DNA from: Candidatus Hydrogenedentota bacterium
Lineage (GTDB): Bacteria; Hydrogenedentota; Hydrogenedentia; Hydrogenedentales; SLHB01
Length of the DNA stretch: 64,000 bases
NCBI GenBank assembly: GCA_045863295.1
Contig: BTWA01000012.1
Coordinates: 64,001-128,000 of the forward strand
Direction: 5' to 3'
The notes under the pieces are model-generated. The model searched no databases. It saw only the letters and a program-made list of their open reading frames with translations, and was not told the origin of the DNA. The position numbers and the translations under genes are program-made. Shown one piece after another: positions 1 to 9,332 of this stretch. Position 1 is the stretch's first letter, and every line of letters starts with the position of its first letter.

Positions 1-95
1 GTTATATTTAACAGGTGCGTCTGGGGGAAGCCTGACAGGTATACCACCTGTTACGATTTGGCGTGAAATTGTCAGTTACGTAAGGATGGGTAATC

Positions 96-1217
96 GTGGC
101 AGAAAAGAACTCGGCGCAACTTGAAGAGTATCTGTACGTCGGCCTTGCCACGTTGTTTGATCCCAACGCACATCATGGTGGAGCTTCCCGGTTCCGTACG
201 CTTGTTCGAGGTTGGCAACGTGATCGATTCCTCATGATGGATTGGCCAAGCGTTGAAGAGAAGGTGCTGCTGCTGCGCCCGGATAAACAATGTGTGGTTC
301 AGTTTTTCAACAAGGGGCGTGCGTGTGGATTCAACACACAAATCCTGGATACAGGCAGTTCTCGGCAACCTTGCTTTCGAATTGAATGGCCAAGCACGTT
401 TGAAGTTGTAGCCATCCGGCAGCATGAGCGGGCTCCAGTCAACGTCTCTTGTTGGATAACGGATACACATGGCGCGACCTTTGCCGGTATCCTGCGTGAC
501 TTGAGTGCTGGTGGTTGTGGCGTGGTGATGGATACGCCGCTAGCCAAAGGGGCGTCAGCCAAGTTACGTTTTGCACTCAATAAAGTGACGGCCTTTGACG
601 ATGTAGAAGTGGTCGTACGCAGCTTTGCCGAGGTTTCGGACGGTACGATGTTGGGCATGCAGTTTGTTAATATGTCCGAGGTCGTGGCCGATCAAATCGA
701 GCTTTACGTTGCGATGGCGCTCGGTCAGTTGAGAAATATGACTTCAACCGCGCAGCGCGTGCTCATCTTCGAAGGACCTGGTGCCGCCGACAACCCGGTT
801 CGCGATCAATTGGAAGCGTTAGGATATGAGGTCACTAGCTCCTCCAATTTGGTGGACGGATTTTACCAATTGAAGCTGCTTTTGCCCGATCTGCTGATTA
901 TCCGCCAAGATATGCCGGACATGACCGGCGACGCAATTTGCAGGATAATTCGCAAGTCGCACGGATGCGAGGCGCTGCCGCTCTTGGTGCACGGCGCCTC
1001 CAATCCTACAGCGAAAACGAAAGCAGAAGAAGCAGGTGCTACCGGATACCTGTCGGATATCGCCGCATTGGTTCAAAAGACCGCAGCGATATTAAAGGAG
1101 GCGGCCCCGGCCGGGCCCGTGCCGGTGGAACCGGAAAATGCCGCCGAAGGCGACTCGATGATCAACACAGCGATGCCGGCGGAAGCCGAATCGGCCGCTG
1201 TCCAGAATGCAGAGTAG
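96..1217 (+). CDS. YcgR/PilZ-domain c-di-GMP effector with C-terminal atypical receiver domain
   Basis: PilZ motifs RQHER and DLSAGG; N-terminal YcgR-like beta region; C-terminal REC-like segment (RVLIFE...PDLLIIRQDMPDMTG...AGATGYL). Confidence 0.8.
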   Translation: MAEKNSAQLEEYLYVGLATLFDPNAHHGGASRFRTLVRGWQRDRFLMMDWPSVEEKVLLLRPDKQCVVQFFNKGRACGFNTQILDTGSSRQPCFRIEWPSTFEVVAIRQHERAPVNVSCWITDTHGATFAGILRDLSAGGCGVVMDTPLAKGASAKLRFALNKVTAFDDVEVVVRSFAEVSDGTMLGMQFVNMSEVVADQIELYVAMALGQLRNMTSTAQRVLIFEGPGAADNPVRDQLEALGYEVTSSSNLVDGFYQLKLLLPDLLIIRQDMPDMTGDAICRIIRKSHGCEALPLLVHGASNPTAKTKAEEAGATGYLSDIAALVQKTAAILKEAAPAGPVPVEPENAAEGDSMINTAMPAEAESAAVQNAE

Positions 1218-1223
1218 ATCTCT

Positions 1224-2288
1224 ATGGATCCCGAGGCTGTTGAAAAGTTCTTCCATGTCGGACAACTCGCATTCTTCCATCTTGAACCCCGCGATCCTGC
1301 ACAGTTGGGAGTCAAATGCTACATTCGTGGCTGGCAACGGGGTTCCTATGTGCTAGTGGATATGCCTGATCCTGGCGAACACCACCTGCGAACAGGACAG
1401 GGGTGCAGCATTCGATTTGTGACGGACGAAGGATGCGCATGCCGGTTCGTGTCAAAAATCGGGGATTTGGGCTCGGGTATCTGTTTTTCGTTTGCTCGAG
1501 TTGCATGGCCGAGCATGGTTGCCAATATGCCCATACGCCGGCATCAGCGGTTGGCGTTCTCGTGTCCATGTACGGTTTTTTCCGACGAGGCAACCTCGGT
1601 TCCAGCAAATATCATTGACTTGAGCCGTGGCGGCTGTAAGATCGATTGCGCCATGCCGTTCGCCAAAGATACACAGCTTCATCTATCTTTTCGTTTGCCA
1701 GACGGTTCGATAATTGACGGGATTCCTGCTTCCGTATTAAGTATTTCGCGAGGAAAGCATACTCAAACGGTTCGTTGCCTTTTTGTAGATCCCGAAGAGA
1801 GCCATATTTACGACATTGAGTTCTACATCGCATCGACCTTGGCGCGTCAGCGTGGTTCAATGGATGCGATTCGTCGGGTGTTACTCGTCGAGCCGAACGA
1901 ACGCGAAGCCGAGCGCATCTGGGTGATGCTGCGGGATCGGGGATTCGAAGCATTTATTACGCATAACCTGGTAGACGCGTTTTTTCAATTGCGAAATCAG
2001 CCGCCGGCAGGCGTATTAATCAACGCGTCTATGCCTTCGGTAAGCGGAGTGCAGGCTTGCCGGACATTGCGCGGAATGAGGCAGTTTAAAAACCTTCCCA
2101 TCGTTATCTATGGTCCAGATGTGCCGAATCTGAAGAAAGAAGCCGTGGATGCAGGAGTCACAGCCTACGTAACGGATATGAGCACAGCGCGTGAGTTGAC
2201 AAGTCACTTCGCGGACGAACCAAATTCGAATCTGGAACCTACCCATAGCCATTCCATTCATGAAGCCGCCGGCGCCGCCGATTCGTAG
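1224..2288 (+). CDS. YcgR/PilZ-domain c-di-GMP effector with C-terminal atypical receiver domain (paralog of upstream gene)
   Basis: RRHQR and DLSRGG PilZ motifs; shares RGWQR and NLVD.F.QL with 96..1217; REC-like C-terminus. Confidence 0.8.
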   Translation: MDPEAVEKFFHVGQLAFFHLEPRDPAQLGVKCYIRGWQRGSYVLVDMPDPGEHHLRTGQGCSIRFVTDEGCACRFVSKIGDLGSGICFSFARVAWPSMVANMPIRRHQRLAFSCPCTVFSDEATSVPANIIDLSRGGCKIDCAMPFAKDTQLHLSFRLPDGSIIDGIPASVLSISRGKHTQTVRCLFVDPEESHIYDIEFYIASTLARQRGSMDAIRRVLLVEPNEREAERIWVMLRDRGFEAFITHNLVDAFFQLRNQPPAGVLINASMPSVSGVQACRTLRGMRQFKNLPIVIYGPDVPNLKKEAVDAGVTAYVTDMSTARELTSHFADEPNSNLEPTHSHSIHEAAGAADS

Positions 2289-2312
2289 TATGCACGCGAC
2301 AAAATAATTGGA

Positions 2313-3437
2313 TCAGAATACGCGCAAGGTCACACAGGTGAGGTAGTCCGTTTCCGGCATACTCAGCAACACCGGATGATCGCGTGAGGCGCCCTTGCGG
2401 GAAAGTACCCAGACTTCGCGCCTTGCCGCCCTCGCCGCTCGTTTAATCATCTCCATGAATGCAGCCATGTCTACGAAGTGCGAACATGATGACGTCACCA
2501 GGATTCCACCCGAAACCAGAGACTTCATGGCTTCGCGATTGAGTGCTTGATAAACCCCGAGTGACTTTTCCACATGAGCACGGCTTTTCGCGAGCGCGGG
2601 TGGATCCAATACGACCACGTCGTACTGTTCGCCCCGGCGGAGCACGGTCTGAATGTCTTCACATTCAAATTTGATGATGCCTTCCAACCCGTTCGCCACG
2701 GCATTCATCATGGCAGTCTCGATTGCCGGCCTGGAAGAGTCGACGGCAAGTACTTTTGAAGCTCCCCCAATAGCTGCGTGACAACTCCAGAGTCCATTAT
2801 AGCAATGACCGTCCAGCACCCGCGCACCGCCCGAGTAAGCTGCAATATCGACGCAGTTCTCGCGTTGATCCAAGTAGAAGCCTGTCTTCTGTCCGCTCTC
2901 GACATTTATGGAAAACTGAAGATCGTTGATCGTAACAGACACGGGATTCACCGCTTCGCCAAACCACTGAATATCCTTGCCGACTGCAATGCGTACGGAG
3001 TGTACGCTGGTATCCTCCATAAACGCATTGGCCAACTCGGCTCGTACATGACCATAGAACGCGCAAGGTGAATGAACCGTAACGACCGATCCAAAGCGGT
3101 CTGCTATCAAACCGGGCAGTTCGTCACTTTCGCCGTATATCCAACGGTACACATTGGAGGCGGGAAAAAGTCGTTCACGAAAAAGTCTCGCTCGCTCTAT
3201 GCGTCTGCGCAGGAACGGCCCATCAATGGCATCGGCGTGCCGGGTAAGCAAGCGTACGGCAATTCCGCCGTCGCTCTGATAGAAACCCCTTCCGACCAAC
3301 TTCTTGGTGTCCGAAAGCACTTCAACAATTTGACCGTCTGCCAACGGCGGTAACGGTTCAAATTCATTGCGAAAGGCCCAAAGATGTCCACGCGCAAGTC
3401 TTCGGTCTTCTTTTTGTTTGAGACGTACCTTTTCCAT
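2313..3437 (-). CDS. RlmI/RlmK-family class I SAM-dependent rRNA methyltransferase
   Basis: PUA-like N-terminus (GHLWAFRNE), GESDELPGLIADRF, GQKTGFYLDQR, VVLDPPA; start moved to ATG 3437 (AAGGGA RBS). Confidence 0.85.
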   Translation of the reverse strand: MEKVRLKQKEDRRLARGHLWAFRNEFEPLPPLADGQIVEVLSDTKKLVGRGFYQSDGGIAVRLLTRHADAIDGPFLRRRIERARLFRERLFPASNVYRWIYGESDELPGLIADRFGSVVTVHSPCAFYGHVRAELANAFMEDTSVHSVRIAVGKDIQWFGEAVNPVSVTINDLQFSINVESGQKTGFYLDQRENCVDIAAYSGGARVLDGHCYNGLWSCHAAIGGASKVLAVDSSRPAIETAMMNAVANGLEGIIKFECEDIQTVLRRGEQYDVVVLDPPALAKSRAHVEKSLGVYQALNREAMKSLVSGGILVTSSCSHFVDMAAFMEMIKRAARAARREVWVLSRKGASRDHPVLLSMPETDYLTCVTLRVF

Positions 3438-3509
3438 TTCAAGTCCCTTGCAAATAGGAAAACCCGGCAGAAACGCATAACGGCGCCGCACCGGGTATAC
3501 AAAAGTCGA

Positions 3510-4418
3510 CTACAATTGCGACCATGCAGCGTTAAGCTTTTGCTTGGATTCCGCGATGATTTCGCCGGGGGTCTCACCCTTCATTGGTTTAACTTCAAAA
3601 CTTACAACGCGAGGAGAGCCGGACACCAAGTAGCCTGCGTTCATGAGTGCTCTTAGATACTCAGTCAGTTCAGGAACGTCGTTTCTCGTGCCGGGGGCGC
3701 CAAAGCGCGGATGATTGTCACCGTATGCTGGATGCTCAGGATCATCCATAGCGCAATTACCGATGTGTGCATGAATCAGGTGACTGCCCGCAGCTGGAAT
3801 GGCGTCGGCGCTCGACTCGTACTGAAGCGGTAGATGGCTCAAATCGAGCATAATGCCGAAGTCAGGATAGTCTTGGCGAACCTGTTCCGAAACAGCCACT
3901 GCGTCCGCGGTGGGACCGATTAGACAGTTTTTACCAAAGGGAACCTGGTCGAAGACTTCCAGTACGAGTGGCAAACCGTACATATGTGCATGTGCGCACA
4001 ATGTGGTAAGCGATTCCACCAGACGAGCCATGGAAGCCTGCTTGTCCGGATAGACTTTGCCGCTCAACACGGCGACGCCCTTGGCCTCCAATTCGGCCGC
4101 CTGATCGATTGCGGCCTTCACGGCCTCAAGCGCTTTAGCCCGTTCCGTTGATTCTGGGTGATTCAAGTCGAGCGCGCCTCCAAGTAAGATTGGCTGCGCG
4201 CCGAAGTACAGGTCCACGCCATTGTCCTTGGCAAGGGTCTTTATAGTTCTGCGATTTGAAGGGTCAGTAACTCGCGTGATTTCAAGCACCTGGAAGTACG
4301 GGTCCTCGGCAAGTGACCGGACGGTCTCCACCACCGGGCCTTCGCCTGCCATACAGGCCGGATATGCCATAAAATGGACAATGCCAACTTTCATGTAATC
4401 AATGAGTGGCGTATTCAC
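3510..4418 (-). CDS. Sugar phosphate isomerase/epimerase family (xylose-isomerase-like TIM barrel)
   Basis: LVLE, MLDLSH, HAHIGN, SFEVK metal-binding pattern; starts 2 nt after gnd stop. Confidence 0.75.
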   Translation of the reverse strand: MNTPLIDYMKVGIVHFMAYPACMAGEGPVVETVRSLAEDPYFQVLEITRVTDPSNRRTIKTLAKDNGVDLYFGAQPILLGGALDLNHPESTERAKALEAVKAAIDQAAELEAKGVAVLSGKVYPDKQASMARLVESLTTLCAHAHMYGLPLVLEVFDQVPFGKNCLIGPTADAVAVSEQVRQDYPDFGIMLDLSHLPLQYESSADAIPAAGSHLIHAHIGNCAMDDPEHPAYGDNHPRFGAPGTRNDVPELTEYLRALMNAGYLVSGSPRVVSFEVKPMKGETPGEIIAESKQKLNAAWSQL

Positions 4419-4420
4419 TT

Positions 4421-5869
4421 TTATACCGTATAGGTCGTGGCAGATGTACTGCCGCCCCGCCCGGTCCAGTTTGTGTGAAAGAACTGCCCGCGAGGTTTGT
4501 CAATCCGCTCGTAGGTATGGGCGCCGAAGTAATCGCGCTGTGCCTGAAGCAAGTTTGCCGGAAGCCTTCCAGTGCGATAACCGTCAAAGAATGCCAGAGC
4601 GGATCCAATAGCAGGCACTGGAATGCCCATACCGACCGCGGCCGTGACTACTCGGCGCCAAGCGGCTTGAGCGTTTTGCACCTCTTTCGCAAAAAATGGG
4701 TCGATAAGCAAGTTGACGAGGTCGTGATTCTTATCAAAGGCTTCTTTGATTCTACCCAGGAACACGGAACGTATGATGCACCCTCCACGCCACATCAAGG
4801 CGATACCGCCATAATTGAGATTCCATTTGTACTCCGTCGCGGCGGCGCGCATGAGCTGATAACCCTGTGCATAACTGACAATCTTCGAGGCATACAAGGC
4901 CTGTTCCAGGTCAGCAAGAAATGCGCTTTTATCACCGTCAAAAGTCGTGTATGTACCGGATAGGACCTTGTCAGCGGCAACTCGTTCTTCTTTAAGAGCC
5001 GACAGGCAACGAGCAAATACGGCTTCTGAAATCAGTGTCAAGGGTTGACCGGTGTCCAGCGCGGAAATGACTGTCCATTTGCCCGTGCCTTTCTGACCCG
5101 CCGCATCCAGAATGCAATCGACCACATACGTACCATCTTCATCTGTGTACCCGAGTATGTCCCGCGTGATTTCAATGAGGTATGAGTCCAGTTTGCCTTT
5201 GTTCCATTCCGCAAAGACCTTGTGCATCTCCGCGTTCGTCAATCCGAGCCCGTCTTTCATGATCTGATAGATCTCGCAGATCATTTGCATGTCGCCATAC
5301 TCGATTCCATTGTGAACCATTTTGACAAAATGTCCGGCGCCGTTTTCGCCCACCCAGTCGCAACAAGCCTCTCCTTCGCTGGTCTTGGCAGAAATGCTTT
5401 GAAAGATGGGTTTGACGTGTTCCCAGGCTTTAGGTGACCCCCCGGGCATGATCGATGGTCCCTTCAACGCACCTTCTTCGCCGCCCGAAACCCCGGTACC
5501 TATATAGAGCAAGCCTTGGCTTTCCACGTAGGCCGTACGGCGGATACTGTCGGTGTAAAGAGAATTGCCTCCGTCAATGATTATGTCGCCGGGTTCCATG
5601 TGGGGAAGCAACTTTTCAATGAAGTCGTCCACGGCTTGTCCCGCTTTCACCAGCATCATTACCTTGCGCGGACGATTCAGATTCCTACACAACTCTTCAA
5701 TGCTATGACAGCCAATAAACTTTTTGTTCTTACCACGTCCATTGACAAAGGCATCGACCTTGTCCAAGGTGCGATTGTAGACCGCCACGGTATAGCCGTG
5801 GCTTTCCATGTTCAAAACCAAATTCTCACCCATTACCGCAAGGCCGATAAGGCCAATATCTGCAGACAC
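4421..5869 (-). CDS. gnd: NADP-dependent 6-phosphogluconate dehydrogenase, decarboxylating
   Basis: IGLAVMG, VSGGEEGA, HFVKMVHNGIEYGDMQ, QAQRDYFGAHTY; GTG start 5869 with AAAGGAG RBS. Confidence 0.97.
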   Translation of the reverse strand: MSADIGLIGLAVMGENLVLNMESHGYTVAVYNRTLDKVDAFVNGRGKNKKFIGCHSIEELCRNLNRPRKVMMLVKAGQAVDDFIEKLLPHMEPGDIIIDGGNSLYTDSIRRTAYVESQGLLYIGTGVSGGEEGALKGPSIMPGGSPKAWEHVKPIFQSISAKTSEGEACCDWVGENGAGHFVKMVHNGIEYGDMQMICEIYQIMKDGLGLTNAEMHKVFAEWNKGKLDSYLIEITRDILGYTDEDGTYVVDCILDAAGQKGTGKWTVISALDTGQPLTLISEAVFARCLSALKEERVAADKVLSGTYTTFDGDKSAFLADLEQALYASKIVSYAQGYQLMRAAATEYKWNLNYGGIALMWRGGCIIRSVFLGRIKEAFDKNHDLVNLLIDPFFAKEVQNAQAAWRRVVTAAVGMGIPVPAIGSALAFFDGYRTGRLPANLLQAQRDYFGAHTYERIDKPRGQFFHTNWTGRGGSTSATTYTV

Positions 5870-6085
5870 GATTCCGCTCCTTTGCTTGTTGCCCACCAAT
5901 CCAATCCGGATTCCGAATGGCTGTGTAGGTTAGGATGTCCCGAAGCTATTCAATGGAAAGAAACTTGATTCTGTGTCGACAGGCATACGCGATTTGAAGC
6001 GCGTCATCGCCATTTTCGATGAATCCCAATTCTCGTATCATAGCATTCAAGGCAAGCCATGCTCCAACCCAGCGCACCTGTTCGG

Positions 6086-6715
6086 TTATTGGTCGGCGTT
6101 ATGGGGGAGGTATTCGCTGTCGTACGTCTGGCGTTCGGCCTTCAAATACTCGTCGACTCTGCGTTCACGTCTTTCCGAGGCCAGCCTGGCTCGTCGTTGC
6201 CGTGCCAGGGAGAGCCTCCGAAGTGCAGACACTCGTTTACGATGCAACCGGGCCATTGCCATCGAGGCGAGCATTACAGCGCAGAGAGCGGCCGTGCCCG
6301 CGAACCATGGGAAGTGCGTTTCAACGACGTAGGGCGGCCGATAGGTGAGGAGTGCAGGGGGACTCTCCTCAAATCCCCGGCCTGCGGTGACCCAGACCTT
6401 GGTACTCTCCGTGATGCCCGGCAGTGCAGGGGGGATTACGCGAATTGTCCCGGGACCTGCAATCTTAATTCTGGTCTCCGCTACGATTTCTTTTCGGTCA
6501 ATCGGGTCGTCGGAGAATCCGAAACCCACCCAATCGGCCTTATCAAGCCCGGCGCCGGTGATTGTAATCTCCGGCGGCTTGTCTGCTCTGACAACCTGGG
6601 GAGCGATTTGTTCGATGCTGAACTGCGACCCGACTTCTCCACGGCCGCATCCCTGTATCGAAACGGCTCCACAAAGAGCAATCAGCGCGATACTGGAATA
6701 CAGCCCAGCATTCAT
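6086..6715 (-). CDS. Hypothetical lipoprotein/membrane protein with IPT/TIG-like domain
   Basis: Signal peptide ending IQGC, ITITGAGL..TIRVIPP Ig-like pattern, C-terminal TM and Arg-rich tail; ATGA overlap with the pfkA-like stop. Confidence 0.6.
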   Translation of the reverse strand: MNAGLYSSIALIALCGAVSIQGCGRGEVGSQFSIEQIAPQVVRADKPPEITITGAGLDKADWVGFGFSDDPIDRKEIVAETRIKIAGPGTIRVIPPALPGITESTKVWVTAGRGFEESPPALLTYRPPYVVETHFPWFAGTAALCAVMLASMAMARLHRKRVSALRRLSLARQRRARLASERRERRVDEYLKAERQTYDSEYLPHNADQ

Positions 6716-8010
6716 TTCTTCTTCTTTCGAATAGCTTCGAGTTGGTACGGAAGTAGTTTCTTGCTCGCGAACACGGGCTTAAACTGCGTGAATCGCTGTC
6801 GGCCATTGACTACCGGAACGCTTGCCCAGTCTTCGCCTACTAACGGCTTTACATACCGAAGAAAATCGTCGGAGACGTCAATCTTATTCGAGGTGATCCA
6901 ATCCTTCGGGAACGTCCGTTCGGAATTAGCTACTTTATCCAGTGGTACTTTGTCGTATCGTACATTGTAGATAGTGCCGGGTTCGCGGAGAATCGTCGCC
7001 ATCCACCCATTCTCACCGGAATGCGCGATCAGGGCCGCTTGCTGACCAACTTTGTACGCTTCGTCCAAGTCAACAATGGACGCGTAAACTGCGGTTGCAC
7101 GTTGATCGGTGCCTGAGACCTGGCCACGGGCGGCGCCCGGCACAGGCAGTCCGCGCTCGTTTAACATAGCCACTACCTGTGCTTGTACGCTCATTTTGGC
7201 GGAACCGTAATTTTTGTGGCCGAAGCTGTCGCGGACTTCGCCGCCGTCCGATCCAACCTCAAATCCTTCACTGACAACCACGATGCAGCGCCCGTCTTTC
7301 TTGAGCTGGTCGTTGACCCGGTCACACATTTCCGTTGCAGTCACGTCGGACTCGGCGAGGTAGATCTGGATCGGCAAATCCCTTTTAGGATCCGCCAGTC
7401 GCGCAGCTGCGGGAATGTAACCAATTTTGCGTCCCATCGCCTGGAGCACCAATACTGGGTCCGCCGGACACGAGCCCGCGTTTTCCTCGTTGGCATTTTG
7501 CACGACACTCATCCAGTAGCGAGCAACGCTGCCATATCCGGGAGTATGGTCAATGAGCTTGAATTCGGAATCGCCAACATCGTTGTCAATGGTCTTGGGC
7601 ACGCCCACGGCAACCAGATCCAGCCCTTTGTCGTGCGCCATTTTTGCTACCTTGTGGCACGTGTCCATGGAATCGTTGCCACCGGTGTAGAAAAAGTATC
7701 CCACGTTATGCGCCTTCATAACCTCGATGACGCGGTCAAAGTCTTCTTGCTGATCATTTTTCAGTTTGTAACGGCAGGTGCCTATAGAACCGGCAGCCGG
7801 AGTGTATCGCAACAAAGCGATTTCCTCTTCGGTCTGTGCGGACAGATCCAGCAGTTCTTCCTTCAATACACCTTCAATTCCGTGCCAACCGGCATAGATG
7901 GTCCCAAAAGTACTTGGAAACATTTTGCATGTTTCAATGACGCCACGCAGCGAACTGTTGATTACCGGGGAAGGGCCGCCCGATTGCGCCACAATTACGT
8001 TCTTACTCAT
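6712..8010 (-). CDS. PfkA-family kinase with PPi-dependent signature
   Basis: QSGGPSPVIN, GGNDS, PKTIDND, MGR motifs; ATG 8010 with GAAGGA RBS. Confidence 0.88.
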   Translation of the reverse strand: MSKNVIVAQSGGPSPVINSSLRGVIETCKMFPSTFGTIYAGWHGIEGVLKEELLDLSAQTEEEIALLRYTPAAGSIGTCRYKLKNDQQEDFDRVIEVMKAHNVGYFFYTGGNDSMDTCHKVAKMAHDKGLDLVAVGVPKTIDNDVGDSEFKLIDHTPGYGSVARYWMSVVQNANEENAGSCPADPVLVLQAMGRKIGYIPAAARLADPKRDLPIQIYLAESDVTATEMCDRVNDQLKKDGRCIVVVSEGFEVGSDGGEVRDSFGHKNYGSAKMSVQAQVVAMLNERGLPVPGAARGQVSGTDQRATAVYASIVDLDEAYKVGQQAALIAHSGENGWMATILREPGTIYNVRYDKVPLDKVANSERTFPKDWITSNKIDVSDDFLRYVKPLVGEDWASVPVVNGRQRFTQFKPVFASKKLLPYQLEAIRKKKK

Positions 8011-8063
8011 TCGCGCTTCCTTCATTCTCTTGTCGAAAGTACCCGTACGTTTTCCAAACTCGA

Positions 8064-9332
8064 CTACTTCACTGAGGCCGATTCACGTAGTCTATGCAAG
8101 ACCTCGCCTGCGTGTTCCACCAGGAGGAGTCCTTCGTCCTCTCGATCACGCCAGTCATCCGGATTTATTGAATCCGGATTGCGGAATCCAAGGTTAATCG
8201 CCCGGCACTCTGATTCCGGGATTGCCGTTGCGAGCGTTACCTGTACTCGCGGCGATTCAATACCGTTCTGATACGATCCGATGCCACGAACATGTGTTGA
8301 GTGTGCGAGGATTCCGCCCGGGACGTCCTTGAAGCGATCCATTTGTGCGAGAAAGTAGTCGCGCGTGTGGTATCCGATTCGTTTGATAAGACTGCCGTGT
8401 GTGATGCTGACTTCGCGGATGTGTGGACCGTAAATAATGAGCTCACCTCCGTCGGCAACGACCGGCTCCAGCTTGTACATGCACTTTCCGGCTACCCAGA
8501 TTTCGTCGTACATTTCGGGAGCCATGGCCAGTACGCTCGCAAATGGCTTGTCCTTGTAGATAACGTGAGTTTCGGCAGCCAGATCCGCCGCAGGCGACCA
8601 AGCATCTTCAGGTGTTCCGTAAAAAATAGCGCGGGTCCTGCTTCCGGACACGTTGAAGCAAAACGCCCGCTTTTCTTTGTGGATCATGGCTGCGCATGTG
8701 TCAACCACTGCCCGCACCGGGGTATATTTCGTACCGTTTATCAATGGGTTGGTAATCAGTGCTCCAAGCCAGTGGAATACATTCAGTATGTCCGCGCCTG
8801 CTATTCCGGGGAAGAAGTACTTATTCCCGCCACTGTACCCGACCACCTCATGGGGAAATACCGGTCCCGCGATAATGATAATATCGTAATCGAAGATTCG
8901 CTTATTGACCCGGACAGGTGCTTCGTCTCGCATGAGGCCGCTAGATAGTTCGGCCAGTTTCTCGCTAGTGAGGATCCCAATCTCCGCGAGTGCGTCCGGG
9001 TTGTCCCATTCGTGATTGTAAATGTCAATATCTGCGTACTGGGAATGCCGATCGGACTTCGAAAGTCCCAACAACTTCAAAATGCCATTTTCATTCATCG
9101 GTGGGTGGGTGCCAAGTGCGATGAGGAAATCGGTTTTTGCCGCGCGCCCCCGTGTGGCTTCGCAGGCTGCACGAAACAGTGCCGGCATGGGCATGCTTCG
9201 TGTGTTGTCTGGAATTATGAACAGCACGCGCTTGCCGTCCAGAGTTTCGCTTTCCAGGGCCTCAAGCACAAACGCGTGGATTTCGAGGTCGGACAAAAAA
9301 CCTTGCGTCTTAACTAGTTCCATTGGTTGCAC
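8064..9332 (-). CDS. LarA-family (DUF2088) nickel-pincer-dependent 2-hydroxyacid racemase/epimerase
   Basis: IIPDNTR, ALGTHPPM, HEVVGYSGGNKYFFPG, GGELII motifs. Confidence 0.88.
   Translation of the reverse strand: MQPMELVKTQGFLSDLEIHAFVLEALESETLDGKRVLFIIPDNTRSMPMPALFRAACEATRGRAAKTDFLIALGTHPPMNENGILKLLGLSKSDRHSQYADIDIYNHEWDNPDALAEIGILTSEKLAELSSGLMRDEAPVRVNKRIFDYDIIIIAGPVFPHEVVGYSGGNKYFFPGIAGADILNVFHWLGALITNPLINGTKYTPVRAVVDTCAAMIHKEKRAFCFNVSGSRTRAIFYGTPEDAWSPAADLAAETHVIYKDKPFASVLAMAPEMYDEIWVAGKCMYKLEPVVADGGELIIYGPHIREVSITHGSLIKRIGYHTRDYFLAQMDRFKDVPGGILAHSTHVRGIGSYQNGIESPRVQVTLATAIPESECRAINLGFRNPDSINPDDWRDREDEGLLLVEHAGEVLHRLRESASVK

Noticed and set aside
7183..8271. 362-aa plus-strand ORF (similarly 6059..6970, 9898..10587, 41129..41845, 56399..57106)
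   Set aside because: Antisense shadows of well-supported genes; no recognisable motifs
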